From positions 1,054,001 to 1,118,000 of the forward strand of contig OZ024744.1 of NCBI GenBank assembly GCA_964016885.1: a DNA stretch of 64,000 nt. The letters run 5' to 3'. The position numbers were made by a program, and so were the translations under genes. Positions 23,401-36,200 of this stretch are shown in pieces (positions within the stretch are counted from its first letter, which is position 1; each line of letters opens with the position of its first letter). The DNA is from Eledone cirrhosa. Taxonomy: Eukaryota. Under the pieces are notes generated by a model, which saw only the letters and a program-made list of their open reading frames with translations, was not told the origin of the DNA and did not search any database.

Positions 23401-26400
23401 GACAAGGTAGAGAAAGATAGCTTGGTGAAGAACGAAGTTTTGAGGGCAGACAAGGTAGAGAAAGATAGTTGGTGAAGAACGAAGTTTTGAGGGAAGACAA
23501 GGTAGAGAAAGATAGCTTGGTGAAGAACGAAGTTATGAGGGAAGACAAGGTAGAGAAAGATAGCTTGGTGAAGAACGAAGTTTTGGGGGAAGACAAGGTA
23601 CAGAAAGATAGCTTGGTGAAGAACGAAGTTTTGAGGGAAGACAAGGTAGAGAAAGATAGCTTGGTGAAGAACGAAGTTTTGGGGGATGACAAAGTAGAGA
23701 AAGATAGCTTGGTGAAGAACGAAGTTTTGGGGGAAGACAAGGTAGAGAAAGATAGCTTGATGAAGTACGAAGTTTTGGGGGAAGACAAGGTAGAGAAAGA
23801 TAGCTTGGTGAAGAACGACGTTTTGTGGGAAGACAAGGTAGAGAAACATAGTTGGTGAAGAACGAAATTTTGAGGGAAGACAAGGTAGAGAAAGATAGAT
23901 TGGTGAAGAACGAAGTTTTGAGGGAAGACAAGGTAGAGAAAGATAGCTTGATGAAGAACGAAGTTTTGAGGGAAGACAAGGTTGAGAAAGATAGCTTGAT
24001 GAAGTACGAAGTTTTGGGGGTAGACAAGGTAGAGAAAGATAGCTTGGTGAAGAACGAAGTTTTGAGGGAAGACAAGGTAGAGAAAGATAGCTTGATGAAG
24101 AACGAAGTTTTGAGGGAAGACAAGGTAGAGAAAGATAGCTTGATGAAGTACGAAGTTTTGAGGGAAGGCAAGGTAGAGAAAGATAGCTTGATGAAGTACG
24201 AAGTTTTGGGGGAAGACAAGGTAGAGAAAGATAGCTTGGTGAAGAAAGAAGTTTTGAGGGAAGACAAGGTAGAGAAAGATAGCTTGATGAAGAACGAAGT
24301 TTTGAGGGAAGACAAGGTAGAGAAAGATAGCTTGGTGAAGAACGAAGTTTTGAGGGAAGACAAAGTATAGAAAGATAGCTTGGTGAAGAACGAAGTTTTG
24401 GGGGAAGACAATGTAGAGAAAGATAGCTTGATGAAGAACGAAGTTTTGGGGGAAGACAAGGTAGAGAAAGATAGCTTGGTGAAGAACGAAGTTTTGAGGG
24501 AAGACAAGGTAGAGAAAGATAGCTTGGTGAAGAACGAAGTTTTGGGGGAAGACAAGGTAGAGAAAGATAGCTTGGTGAAGAACGAAGTTTTGAGGGAAGA
24601 CAAGGTAGAGAAAGATAGCTTGGTGAAGAACGAAGTTTTGGGGGAAGACAAGGTAGAGAAAGATAGCTTGGTGAAGAACGAAGTTTTGAGGGAAGACAAG
24701 GTAGAGAAAGATAGTTGGTGAAGAACGAAGTTTTGAGGGAAGACAAGGTAGAGAAAGATAGCTTGGTGAAGAACGACGGTTTGAGGGAAGACAAGGTAGA
24801 GAAAGATAGCTTGGTGAAGAACGAAGTTTTGGGGGAGGACAAGGTAGAGAAAGATAGCTTGATGAAGTACGAAGTTTTGGGGGAAGACAAGGTAGAGAAA
24901 GATAGCTTGGTGAAGAACGACGTTTTGTGGGAAGACAAGGTAGAGAAACATAGTTGGTGAAGAACGAAATTTTGAGGGAAGACAAGGTAGAGAAAGATAG
25001 ATTGGTGAAGAACGAAGTTTTGAGGGAAGACAAGGTAGAGAAAGATAGCTTGATGAAGAACGATGTTTTGAGGGAAGACAAGGTTGAGAAAGATAGCTTG
25101 ATGAAGTTCGAAGTTTTGGGGGTAGACAAGGTAGAGAAAGATAGCTTGGTGAAGAACGAAGTTTTGAGGGAAGACAAGGTAGAGAAAGATAGCTTGATGA
25201 AGAACGAAGTTTTGAGGGAAGACAAGGTAGAGAAAGATAGCTTGGTGAAGAACGGAGTTTTGAGGGAAGACAAAGTATAGAAAGATAGCTTGGTGAAGAA
25301 CGAAGTTTTGGGGGAAGACAATGTAGAGAAAGATAGCTTGAAGAAGAACGAAGTTTTGGGGGAAGACAAGGTAGAGAAAGATAGCTTGGTGAAGAACGAA
25401 GTTTTGAGGGAAGACAAGGTAGAGAAAGATAGCTTGGTGAAGAACGAAGTTATGAGGGAAGACAAGGTAGAGAAAGATAGCTTGGTGAAGAACGAAGTTT
25501 TGGGGGAAGACAAGGTAGAGAAATATAGCTCGGTGAAGAACGAAGTTTTGAGGGAAGACAAGGTAGAGAAAGATAGCTTGGTGAAGGACGAAGTTTTGGG
25601 GGAAGTCAAGGTAGAGAAAGATAGCTTGGTGAAGAACGAAGTTTTGAGGGAAGACAAGGTAGAGAAAGATAGCTTGATGAAGAACGAAGTTTTGAGGGAA
25701 GACAAGGTAGAGAAAGATAGCTTGGTGAAGAACGAAGTTTTGGGGGAAGACAAGGTAGAGAAAGATAGCTTGGTGAAGAACGAAGTTTTGAGGGAAGACA
25801 AGGTAGAGGAAGATAGCTTGATGAAGTACGAAGTTTTGGGGGAAGACAAGGTAGAGAAAGATAGCTTGGTGAAGAACGAAGTTTTGAGGGAAGACAAGGT
25901 AGAGAAAGATAGCTTGATGAAGAACGAAGTTTTGAGGGAAGACAAGGTAGAGAAAGATAGCTTGGTGAAGAACGAAGTTTTGAGGGAAGACAAGGTAGAG
26001 AAAGATAGCTTGATGAAGAACGAAGTTTTGAGGGAAGACAAGGTAGAGAAAGATAGCTTGATGAAGTACGAAGTTTTGGGGGAAGACAAGGTAGAGAAAG
26101 ATAGCTTGGTGAAGAACGAAGTTTTGAGGGAAGACAAGGTAGAGAAAGATAGCTTGATGAAGAACGAAGTTTTGAGGGAAGACAAGGTAGAGAAAGATAG
26201 CTTGGTGAAGAACGAAATTTTGAGGGAGGACAAAGTATAGAAAGATAGCTTGGTGAAGAACGAAGTTTTGGGTGAAGACAATGTAGAGAAAGATAGCTTG
26301 ATGAAGAACGAAGTTTTGGGGGAAGACAAGGTAGAGAAAGATAGCTTGGTGAAGAACGAAGTTTTGACGGAAGACAAGGTAGAGAAAGATAGCTTGGTGA

Positions 26401-28000
26401 AGAACGAAGTTTTGGGGGAAGACAAGGTAGAGAAAGATAGCTTGGTGAAGAACGAAGTTTTGAGGGAAGACAAGGTAGAGAAAGATAGCTTGGTGAAGAA
26501 CGAAGTTTTGGGGGAAGACAAGGTAGAGAAAGATAGCTTGATGAAGTACGAAGTTTTGGGGGAAGACAAGGTAGAGAAAGATAGCTTGGTGAAGAACGAC
26601 GTTTTGTGGGAAGACAAGGTAGAGAAACATAGTTGGTGAAGAACGAAGTTTTGAGGGAAGACAAGGTAGAGAAAGATAGCTTGATGAAGAACGAAGTTTT
26701 GAGGGAAGACAAGGTAGAGAAAGATAGCTTGATGAAGTACGAAGTTTTGGGGGAAGACAAGGTAGAGAAAGATAGCTTGGTGAAGAACGAAGTTTTGAGG
26801 GAAGACAAGGTAGAGAAAGATAGCTTGATGAAGAACGAAGTTTTGAGGGAAGACAAGGTAGAGAAAGATAGCTTGGTGAAGAACGAAGTTTTGAGGGAGG
26901 ACAAAGTATAGAAAGATAGCTTGGTGAAGAACGAAGTTTTGGGTGAAGACAATGTAGAGAGAGATAGCTTGATGAAGAACGAAGTTTTGGGGGAAGACAA
27001 GGTAGAGAAAGATAGCTTGGTGAAGAACGAAGTTTTGAGGGAAGACAAGGTAGAGAAAGATAGCTTGGTGAAGAACGAAGTTTTGGGGGAAGACAAGGTA
27101 GAGAAAGATAGCTTGGTGAAGAACGAAGTTTTGAGGGAAGACAAGGTAGAGAAAGATAGCTTGGTGAAGAACGAAGTTTTGGGGGAAGACAAGGTAGAGA
27201 AAGATAGCTTGGTGAAGAACGAAGTTTTGAGGGAAGACAAGGTAGAGAAAGATAGTTGGTGAAGAACGAAGTTTTGAGGGAAGACAAGGTAGAGAAAGAT
27301 AGCTTGGTGAAGAACGACGTTTTGAGGGAAGACAAGGTAGAGAAAGATAGCTTGGTGAAGAACGACGTTTTGAGGGAAGACAAGGTAGAGAAAGATAGCT
27401 TGGTGAAGAACGAAGTTTTGGGGGAAGACAAGGTAGAGAAAGATAGCTTGATGAAGTACGAAGTTTTGGGGGAAGACAAGGTAGAGAAAGATAGCTTGGT
27501 GAAGAACGACGTTTTGTGGGAAGACAAGGTAGAGAAACATAGTTGGTGAAGAACGAAATTTTGAGGGAAGACAAGGTAGAGAAAGATAGCTTGGTGAAGA
27601 ACGAAGTTTTGAGGGAAGACAAGGTAGAGAAAGATAGCTTGATGAAGAACGAAGTTTTGAGGGAAGACAAGGTAGAGAAAGATAGCTTGGTGAAGAACGA
27701 AGTTTTGGGGGAAGACAAGGTAGAGAAATATAGCTCGGTGAAGAACGAAGTTTTGAGGGAAGACAAGGTAGAGAAAGATAGCTTGGTGAAGGACGAAGTT
27801 TTGGGGGAAGTCAAGGTAGAGAAAGATAGCTTGGTGAAGAACGAAGTTTTGAGGGAAGACAAGGTAGAGAAAGATAGCTTGGTGAAGAACGAAGTTTTGG
27901 GGGAAGACAAGGTAGAGAAAGATAGCTTGGTGAAGAACGAAGTTTTGAGGGAAGACAAGGTAGAGAAAGATAGCTTGATGAAGTACGAAGTTTTGGGGGA
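14401..28000 (+). repeat. Mosaic zone with interleaved domain-A and domain-B HOR segments
   Basis: B-type markers begin at about 14,433 (AGGGCAGAC) and 14,885 (GATAGATTGG). A-type markers (TATAGCTCGG, GGGTGAAGACAAT, GAGGACAAAGTATAG) return at about 15.5, 21.5-22.8 and 25.5-27.8 kb. Confidence 0.8.
19153..26490 (+). repeat. About 3.35-kb block duplicated at offset 3,980-3,981 bp (19,153-22,510 and 23,134-26,490)
   Basis: 19488>23469 and 19871>23852 = 3,981; 20735>24715, 20974>24954, 21310>25290 and 22270>26250 = 3,980. Shared rare variants GAGGAAGAT (21,829/25,809), TTGACGG, GAAGGC and AAGTTC. Confidence 0.88.
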
Positions 28001-31000
28001 AGACAAGGTAGAGAAAGATAGCTTGGTGAAGAACGAAGTTTTGAGGGAAGACAAGGTAGAGAAAGATAGCTTGATGAAGAACGAAGTTTTGAGGGAAGAC
28101 AAGGTAGAGAAAGATAGCTTGGTGAAGAACGAAGTTTTGAGGGAAGACAAGGTAGAGAAAGATAGCTTGATGAAGTACGAAGTTTTGGGGGAAGACAAGG
28201 TAGAGAAAGATAGCTTGGTGAAGAACGAAGTTTTGAGGGAAGACAAGGTAGAGAAAGATAGCTTGATGAAGAACGAAGTTTTGAGGGAAGACAAGGTAGA
28301 GAAAGATAGCTTGGTGAAGAACGAAGTTTTGAGGGAAGACAAGGTAGAGAAAGATAGCTTGGTGAAGAACGAAGTTTTGGGGGAAGACAAGGTAGAGAAA
28401 GATAGCTTGGTGAAGAACGAAGTTTTGAGGGAAGACAAGGTAGAGAAAGATAGCTTGGTGAAGAACGAAGTTTTGGGGGAAGACAAGGTAGAGAAAGATA
28501 GCTTGGTGAAGAACGAAGTTTTGAGGGCAGACAAGGTAGAGAAAGATAGTTGGTGAAGAACGAAGTTTTGAGGGAAGACAAGGTAGAGAAAGATAGCTTG
28601 GTGAAGAACGAAGTTATGAGGGAAGACAAGGTAGAGAAAGATAGCTTGGTGAAGAACGAAGTTTTGGGGGAAGACAAGGTACAGAAAGATAGCTTGGTGA
28701 AGAACGAAGTTTTGAGGGAAGACAAGGTAGAGAAAGATAGCTTGGTGAAGAACGAAGTTTTGGGGGATGACAAAGTAGAGAAAGATAGCTTGGTGAAGAA
28801 CGAAGTTTTGGGGGAAGACAAGGTAGAGAAAGATAGCTTGATGAAGTACGAAGTTTTGGGGGAAGACAAGGTAGAGAAAGATAGTTTGGTGAAGAACGAC
28901 GTTTTGTGGGAAGACAAGGTAGAGAAACATAGTTGGTGAAGAACGAAATTTTGAGGGAAGACAAGGTAGAGAAAGATAGATTGGTGAAGAACGAAGTTTT
29001 GAGGGAAGACAAGGTAGAGAAAGATAGCTTGATGAAGAACGAAGTTTTGAGGGAAGACAAGGTTGAGAAAGATAGCTTGATGAAGTACGAAGTTTTGGGG
29101 GTAGACAAGGTAGAGAAAGATAGCTTGGTGAAGAACGAAGTTTTGAGGGAAGACAAGGTAGAGAAAGATAGCTTGATGAAGAACGAAGTTTTGAGGGAAG
29201 ACAAGGTAGAGAAAGATAGCTTGGTGAAGAACGGAGTTTTGAGGGAAGACAAAGTATAGAAAGATAGCTTGGTGAAGAACGAAGTTTTGGGGGAAGACAA
29301 TGTAGAGAAAGATAGCTTGAAGAAGAACGAAGTTTTGGGGGAAGACAAGGTAGAGAAAGATAGCTTGGTGAAGAACGAAGTTTTGGGGGAAGACAAGGTA
29401 GAGAAATATAGCTTGATGAAGTACGAATTTTTGGGGGAAGACAAGGTAGAGAAAGATAGCTTGGTGAAGAACGAAGTTTTTTGGGAAGACAAGGTAGAGA
29501 AAGATAGCTTGGTGAAGAACGAAGTTTTGGGGGATGACAAAGTAGAGAAAGATAGCTTGGTGAAGAACGAAGTTTTGGGGGAAGACAAGGTAGAGAAAGA
29601 TAGCTTGATGAAGTACGAAGTTTTGGGGGAAGACAAGTTAGAGAAAGATAGCTTGGTGAAGAACGACGTTTTGTGGGAAGACAAGGTAGAGAAACATAGT
29701 TGGTGAAGAACGAAATTTTGAGGGAAGACAAGGTAGAGAAAGATAGATTGGTGAAGAACGAAGTTTTGAGGGAAGACAAGGTAGAGAAAGATAGCTTGAT
29801 GAAGAACGACGTTTTGAGGGAAGACAAGGTTGAGAAAGATAGCTTGATGAAGTACGAAGTTTTGGGGGTAGACAAGGTAGAGAAAGATAGCTTGGTGAAG
29901 AACGAAGTTTTGAGGGAAGACAAGGTAGAGAAAGATAGCTTGATGAAGAACGAAGTTTTGAGGGAAGACAAGGTAGAGAAAGATAGCTTGGTGAAGAACG
30001 GAGTTTTGAGGGAAGACAAAGTATAGAAAGATAGCTTGGTGAAGAACGAAGTTTTGGGGGAAGACAATGTAGAGAAAGATAGCTTGAAGAAGAACGAAGT
30101 TTTGGGGGAAGACAAGGTAGAGAAAGATAGCTTGGTGAAGAACGAAGTTTTGAGGGAAGACAAGGTAGAGAAAGATAGCTTGGTGAAGAACGAAGTTATG
30201 AGGGAAGACAAGGTAGAGAAAGATAGCTTGGTGAAGAACGAAGTTTTGGGGGAAGACAAGGTAGAGAAAGATAGCTTGGTGAAGAACGAAGTTTTGAGGG
30301 AAGACAAGGTAGAGAAAGATAGCTTGGTGAAGAACGAAGTTTTGGGGGATGACAAAGTAGAGAAAGATAGCTTGGTGAAGAACGAAGTTTTGGGGGAAGA
30401 CAAGGTAGAGAAAGATAGCTTGATGAAGAACGAAGTTTTGGGGGAAGACAAGTTAGAGAAAGATAGCTTGGTGAAGAACGAAGTTTTGAGGGAAGACAAG
30501 GTAGAGAAAGATAGCTTGGTGAAGAACGAAGTTTTGGGGGAAGACAAGGTAGAGAAAGATAGCTTGGTGAAGAACGAAGTTATGAGGGAAGACAAGGTAG
30601 AGAAAGATAGTTGGTGAAGAACGACGTTTTGAGGGAAGACAAGGTAGAGAAAGATAGCTTGGTGAAGAACGAAGTTTTGGGGGAAGACAAGGTAGAGAAA
30701 TATAGCTTGATGAAGTACGAAGTTTTGGGGGAAGACAAGGTAGAGAAAGATAGCTTGGTGAAGAACGACGTTTTGTGGGAAGACAAGGTAGAGAAACATA
30801 GTTGGTGAAGAACGAAGTTTTGAGGGAAGACAAGGTAGAGAAAGATAGCTTGATGAAGAACGAAGTTTTGAGGGAAGACAAGGTAGAGAAAGATAGCTTG
30901 GTGAAGAACGAAGTTTTGAGGGAAGACAAGGTAGAGAAAGATAGCTTGATGAAGAACGAAGTTTTGAGGGAAGACAAGGTAGAGAAAGATAGCTTGATGA

Positions 31001-33244
31001 AGTACGAAGTTTTGAGGGAAGACAAGGTAGAGAAAGATAGCTTGATGAAGTACGAAGTTTTGGGGGAAGACAAGGTAGAGAAAGATAGCTTGGTGAAGAA
31101 AGAAGTTTTGAGGGAAGACAAGGTAGAGAAAGATAGCTTGATGAAGAACGAAGTTTTGAGGGAAGACAAGGTAGAGAAAGATAGCTTGGTGAAAAACGAA
31201 GTTTTGAGGGAAGACAAAGTATAGAAAGATAGCTTGGTGAAGAACGAAGTTTTGGGGGAAGACAATGTAGAGAAAGATAGCTTGATGAAGAACGAAGTTT
31301 TGGGGGAAGACAAGGTAGAGAAAGATAGCTTGGTGAAGAACGAAGTTTTGAGGGAAGACAAGGTAGAGAAAGATAGCTTGGTGAAGAACGAAGTTTTGGG
31401 GGAAGACAAGGTAGAGAAAGATAGCTTGGTGAAGAACGAAGTTTTGAGGGAAGACAAGGTAGAGAAAGATAGCTTGGTGAAGAACGAAGTTTTGGGGGAA
31501 GACAAGGTAGAGAAAGATAGCTTGGTGAAGAACGAAGTTTTGAGGGCAGACAAGGTAGAGAAAGATAGTTGGTGAAGAACGAAGTTTTGAGGGAAGACAA
31601 GGTAGAGAAAGATAGCGTGGTGAAGAACGAAGTTATGAGGGAAGACAAGGTAGAGAAAGATAGCTTGGTGAAGAATGAAGTTTTGGGGGAAGACAAGGTA
31701 CAGAAAGATAGCTTGGTGAAGAACGAAGTTTTGAGGGAAGACAAGGTAGAGAAAGATAGCTTGGTGAAGAACGAAGTTTTGGGGGATGACAAAGTAGAGA
31801 AAGATAGCTTGGTGAAGAACGAAGTTTTGGGGGAAGACAAGGTAGAGAAAGATAGCTTGATGAAGTACGAAGTTTTGGGGGAAGACAAGGTAGAAAAAGA
31901 TAGCTTGGTGAAGAACGACGTTTTGTGGGAAGACAAGGTAGAGAAACATAGTTGGTGAAGAACGAAATTTTGAGGGAAGACAAGGTAGAGAAAGATAGAT
32001 TGGTGAAGAACGAAGTTTTGAGGGAAGACAAGGTAGAGAAAGATAGCTTGATGAAGAACGAAGTTTTGAGGGAAGACAAGGTTGAGAAAGATAGCTTGAT
32101 GAAATACGAAGTTTTGGGGGTAGACAAGGTAGAGAAAGATAGCTTGGTGAAGAACGAAGTTTTGAGGGAAGACAAGGTAGAGAAAGATAGCTTGATGAAG
32201 AATGAAGTTTTGAGGGAAGACAAGGTAGAGAAAGATAGCTTGGTGAAGAACGGAGTTTTGAGGGAAGACAAAGTATAGAAAGATAGCTTGGTGAAGAACG
32301 AGGTTTTGGGGGAAGACAATGTAGAGAAAGATAGCTTGAAGAAGAACGAAGTTTTGGGGGAAGACAAGGTAGAGAAAGATAGCTTGGTGAAGAACGAAGT
32401 TTTGAGGGAAGACAAGGTAGAGAAAGATAGCTTGGTGAAGAACGAAGTTATGAGGGAAGACAAGGTAGAGAAAGATAGCTTGGTGAAGAACGAAGTTTTG
32501 GGGGAAGACAAGGTAGAGAAAGATAGCTTGGTGAAGAACGAAGTTTTGAGGGAAGACAAGGTAGAGAAAGATAGCTTGGTGAAGAACGAAGTTTTGGGGG
32601 ATGACAAAGTAGAGAAAGATAGCTTGGTGAAGAACGAAGTTTTGGGGGAAGACAAGGTAGAGAAAGATAGCTTGATGAAGAACGAAGTTTTGGGGGAAGA
32701 CAAGTTAGAGAAAGATAGCTTGGTGAAGAACGAAGTTTTGAGGGAAGACAAGGTAGAGAAAGATAGCTTGGTGAAGAACGAAGTTTTGGGGGAAGACAAG
32801 GTAGAGAAAGATAGCTTGGTGAAGAACGAAGTTTTGAGGGAAGACAAGGTAGAGAAAGATAGCTTGGTGAAGAACGAAGTTATGAGGGAAGACAAGGTAG
32901 AGAAAGATAGTTGGTGAAGAACGAAGTTTTGAGGAAAGACAATGTAGAGAAAGATAGCTTGGTGAAGAACGACGTTTTGAGGGAAGACAAGGTAGAGAAA
33001 GATAGCTTGGTGAAGAACGAAGTTTTGGGGGAAGACAAGGTAGAGAAATATAGCTTGATGAAGTACGAAGTTTTGGGGGAAGACAAGGTAGAGAAAGATA
33101 GCTTGGTGAAGAACGACGTTTTGTGGGAAGACAAGGTAGAGAAACATAGTTGGTGAAGAACGAAGTTTTGAGGGAAGACAAGGTAGAGAAAGATAGCTTG
33201 GTGAAGAACGACGTTTTGTGGGAAGACAAGGTAGAGAAACATAG

Positions 33245-36200
33245 TTGGTGAAGAACGAAGTTTTGAGGGAAGACAAGGTAGAGAAAGATAGCTTGATGAA
33301 GAACGAAGTTTTGAGGGAAGACAAGGTAGAGAAAGATAGCTTGGTGAAGAACGAAGTTTTGAGGGAAGACAAGGTAGAGAAAGATAGCTTGGTGAAGAAC
33401 GAAGTTTTGAGGGAGGACAAGGTAGAGAAAGATAGCTTGATGAAGAACGAAGTTTTGAGGGAATACAAGGTAGAGAAAGATAGCTTGATGAAGTACGAAG
33501 TTTTGAGGGAAGACAAGGTAGAGAAAGATAGCTTGATGAAGTACGAAGTTTTGGGGGAAGACAAGGTAGAGAAAGATAGCTTGGTGAAGAAAGAAGTTTT
33601 GAGGGAAGACAAGGTAGAGAAAGATAGCTTGATGAAGAACGAAGTTTTGAGGGAAGACAAGGTAGAGAAAGATAGCTTGGTGAAAAACGAAGTTTTGAGG
33701 GAAGACAAAGTATAGAAAGATAGCTTGGTGAAGAACGAAGTTTTGGGGGAAGACAATGTAGAGAAAGATAGCTTGATGAAGAACGAAGTTTTGGGGGAAG
33801 ACAAGGTAGAGAAAGATAGCTTGGTGAAGAACGAAGTTTTGAGGGAAGACAAGGTAGAGAAAGATAGCTTGGTGAAGAACGAAGTTTTGAGGGAAGACAA
33901 GGTAGAGAAAGATAGCTTGGTGAAGAACGAAGTTTTGGGGGAAGACAAGGTAGAGAAAGATAGCTTGGTGAAGAACGAAGTTTTGAGGGCAGACAAGGTA
34001 GAGAAAGATAGTTGGTGAAGTACGAAGTTTTGGGGGAAGACAAGGTAGAGAAAGATAGCTTGGTGAAGAACGACGTTTTGTGGGACGACAAGGTAGAGAA
34101 ACATAGTTGGTGAAGAACGAAGTTTTGAGGGAAGACAAGGTAGAGAAAGATAGCTTGATGAAGAACGAAGTTTTGAGGGAAGACAAGGTAGAGAAAGATA
34201 GCTTGGTGAACAACGAAGTTTTGAGGGAAGACAAGGTAGAGAAAGATAGCTTGATGAAGAACGAAGTTTTGAGGGAAGACAAGGTAGAGAAAGATAGCTT
34301 GATGAAGTACGAAGTTTTGAGGGAAGACAAGGTAGAGAAAGATAGCTTGATGAAGTACGAAGTTTTGGGGGAAGACAAGGTAGAGAAAGATAGCTTGGTG
34401 AAGAAAGAAGTTTTGAGGGAAGACAAGGTAGAGAAAGATAGCTTGATGAAGAACGACGTTTTGAGGGAAGACAAGGTAAAGAAAGATAGCTTGGTGAAAA
34501 ACGAAGTTTTGAGGGAAGACAAAGTATAGAAAGATAGCTTGGTGAAGAACGAAGTTTTGGGGGAAGACAATGTAGAGAAAGATAGCTTGATGAAGAACGA
34601 AGTTTTGGGGGAAGACAAGGTAGAGAAAGATAGCTTGGTGAAGAACGAAGTTTTGAGGGAAGACAAGGTAGAGAAAGATAGCTTGGTGAAGAACGAAGTT
34701 TTGGGGGAAGACAAGGTAGAGAAAGATAGCTTGGTGAAGAACGAAGTTTTGAGGGCAGACAAGGTAGAGAAAGATAGTTGGTGAAGAACGAAGTTTTGAG
34801 GGAAGACAAGGTAGAGAAAGATAGCTTGGTGAAGAACGACGGTTTGAGGGAAGACAAGGTAGAGAAAGATAGCTTGGTGAAGAACGAGGTTTTGGGGGAA
34901 GACAAGGTAGAGAAAGATAGCTTGATGAAGTACGAAGTTTTGGGGGAAGACAAGGTAGAGAAAGATAGCTTGGTGAAGAACGACGTTTTGTGGGAAGACA
35001 AGGTAGAGAAACATAGTTGGTGAAGAACGAAGTTTTGAGGGAAGACAAGGTAGAGAAAGATAGCTTGATGAAGAACGAAGTTTTGAGGGAAGACAAGGTT
35101 GAGAAAGATAGCTTGATGAAGTACGAAGTTTTGGGGGTAGACAAGGTAGAGAAAGATAGCTTGGTGAAGAACGAAGTTTTGAGGGAAGACAAGGTAGAGA
35201 AAGATAGCTTGATGAAGAACGAAGTTTTGAGGGAAGACAAGGTAGAGAAAGATAGCTTGGTGAAGAACGGAGTTTTGAGGGAAGACAAAGTATAGAAAAA
35301 TAGCTTGGTGAAGAACGAAGTTTTGGGGGAAGACAAGGTACAGAAAGATAGCTTGGTGAAGAACGAAGTTTTGAGGGAAGACAAGGTAGAGAAAGATAGC
35401 TTGGTGAAGAACGAAGTTTGGGGGAAGACAAGGTAGAGAAAGATAGCTTGGTGAAGAACGAAGTTTTGAGGGCAGACAAGGTAGAGAAAGATAGTTGGTG
35501 AAGTACGAAGTTTTGGGGGAAGACAAGGTAGAGAAAGATAGCTTGGTGAAGAACGACGTTTTGTGGGAAGACAAGGTAGAGAAACATAGTTGGTGAAGAA
35601 CGAAGTTTTGAGGGAAGACAAGGTAGAGAAAGATAGCTTGATGAAGAACGAAGTTTTGAGGGAAGACAAGGTAGAGAAAGATAGCTTGGTGAAGAACGAA
35701 GTTTTGAGGGAAGACAAGGTAGAGAAAGATAGCTTGGTGAAGAACGAAGTTTTGAGGGAAGACAAGGTAGAGAAAGATAGCTTGATGAAGAACGAAGTTT
35801 TGAGGGAAGACAAGGTAGAGAAAGATAGCTTGATGAAGTACGAAGTTTTGAGGGAAGACAAGGTAGAGAAAGATAGCTTGATGAAGTACGAAGTTTTGGG
35901 GGAAGACAAGGTAGAGAAAGATAGCTTGGTGAAGAAAGAAGTTTTGAGGGAAGACAAGGTAGAGAAAGATAGCTTGATGAAGAACGAAGTTTTGAGGGAA
36001 GACAAGGTAGAGAAAGATAGCTTGGTGAAAAACGAAGTTTTGAGGGAAGACAAAGTATAGAAAGATAGCTTGGTGAAGAACGAAGTTTTGGGGGAAGACA
36101 ATGTAGAGAAAGATAGCTTGATGAAGAACGAAGTTTTGGGGGAAGACAAGGTAGAGAAAGATAGCTTGGTGAAGAACGAAGTTTTGAGGGAAGACAAGGT

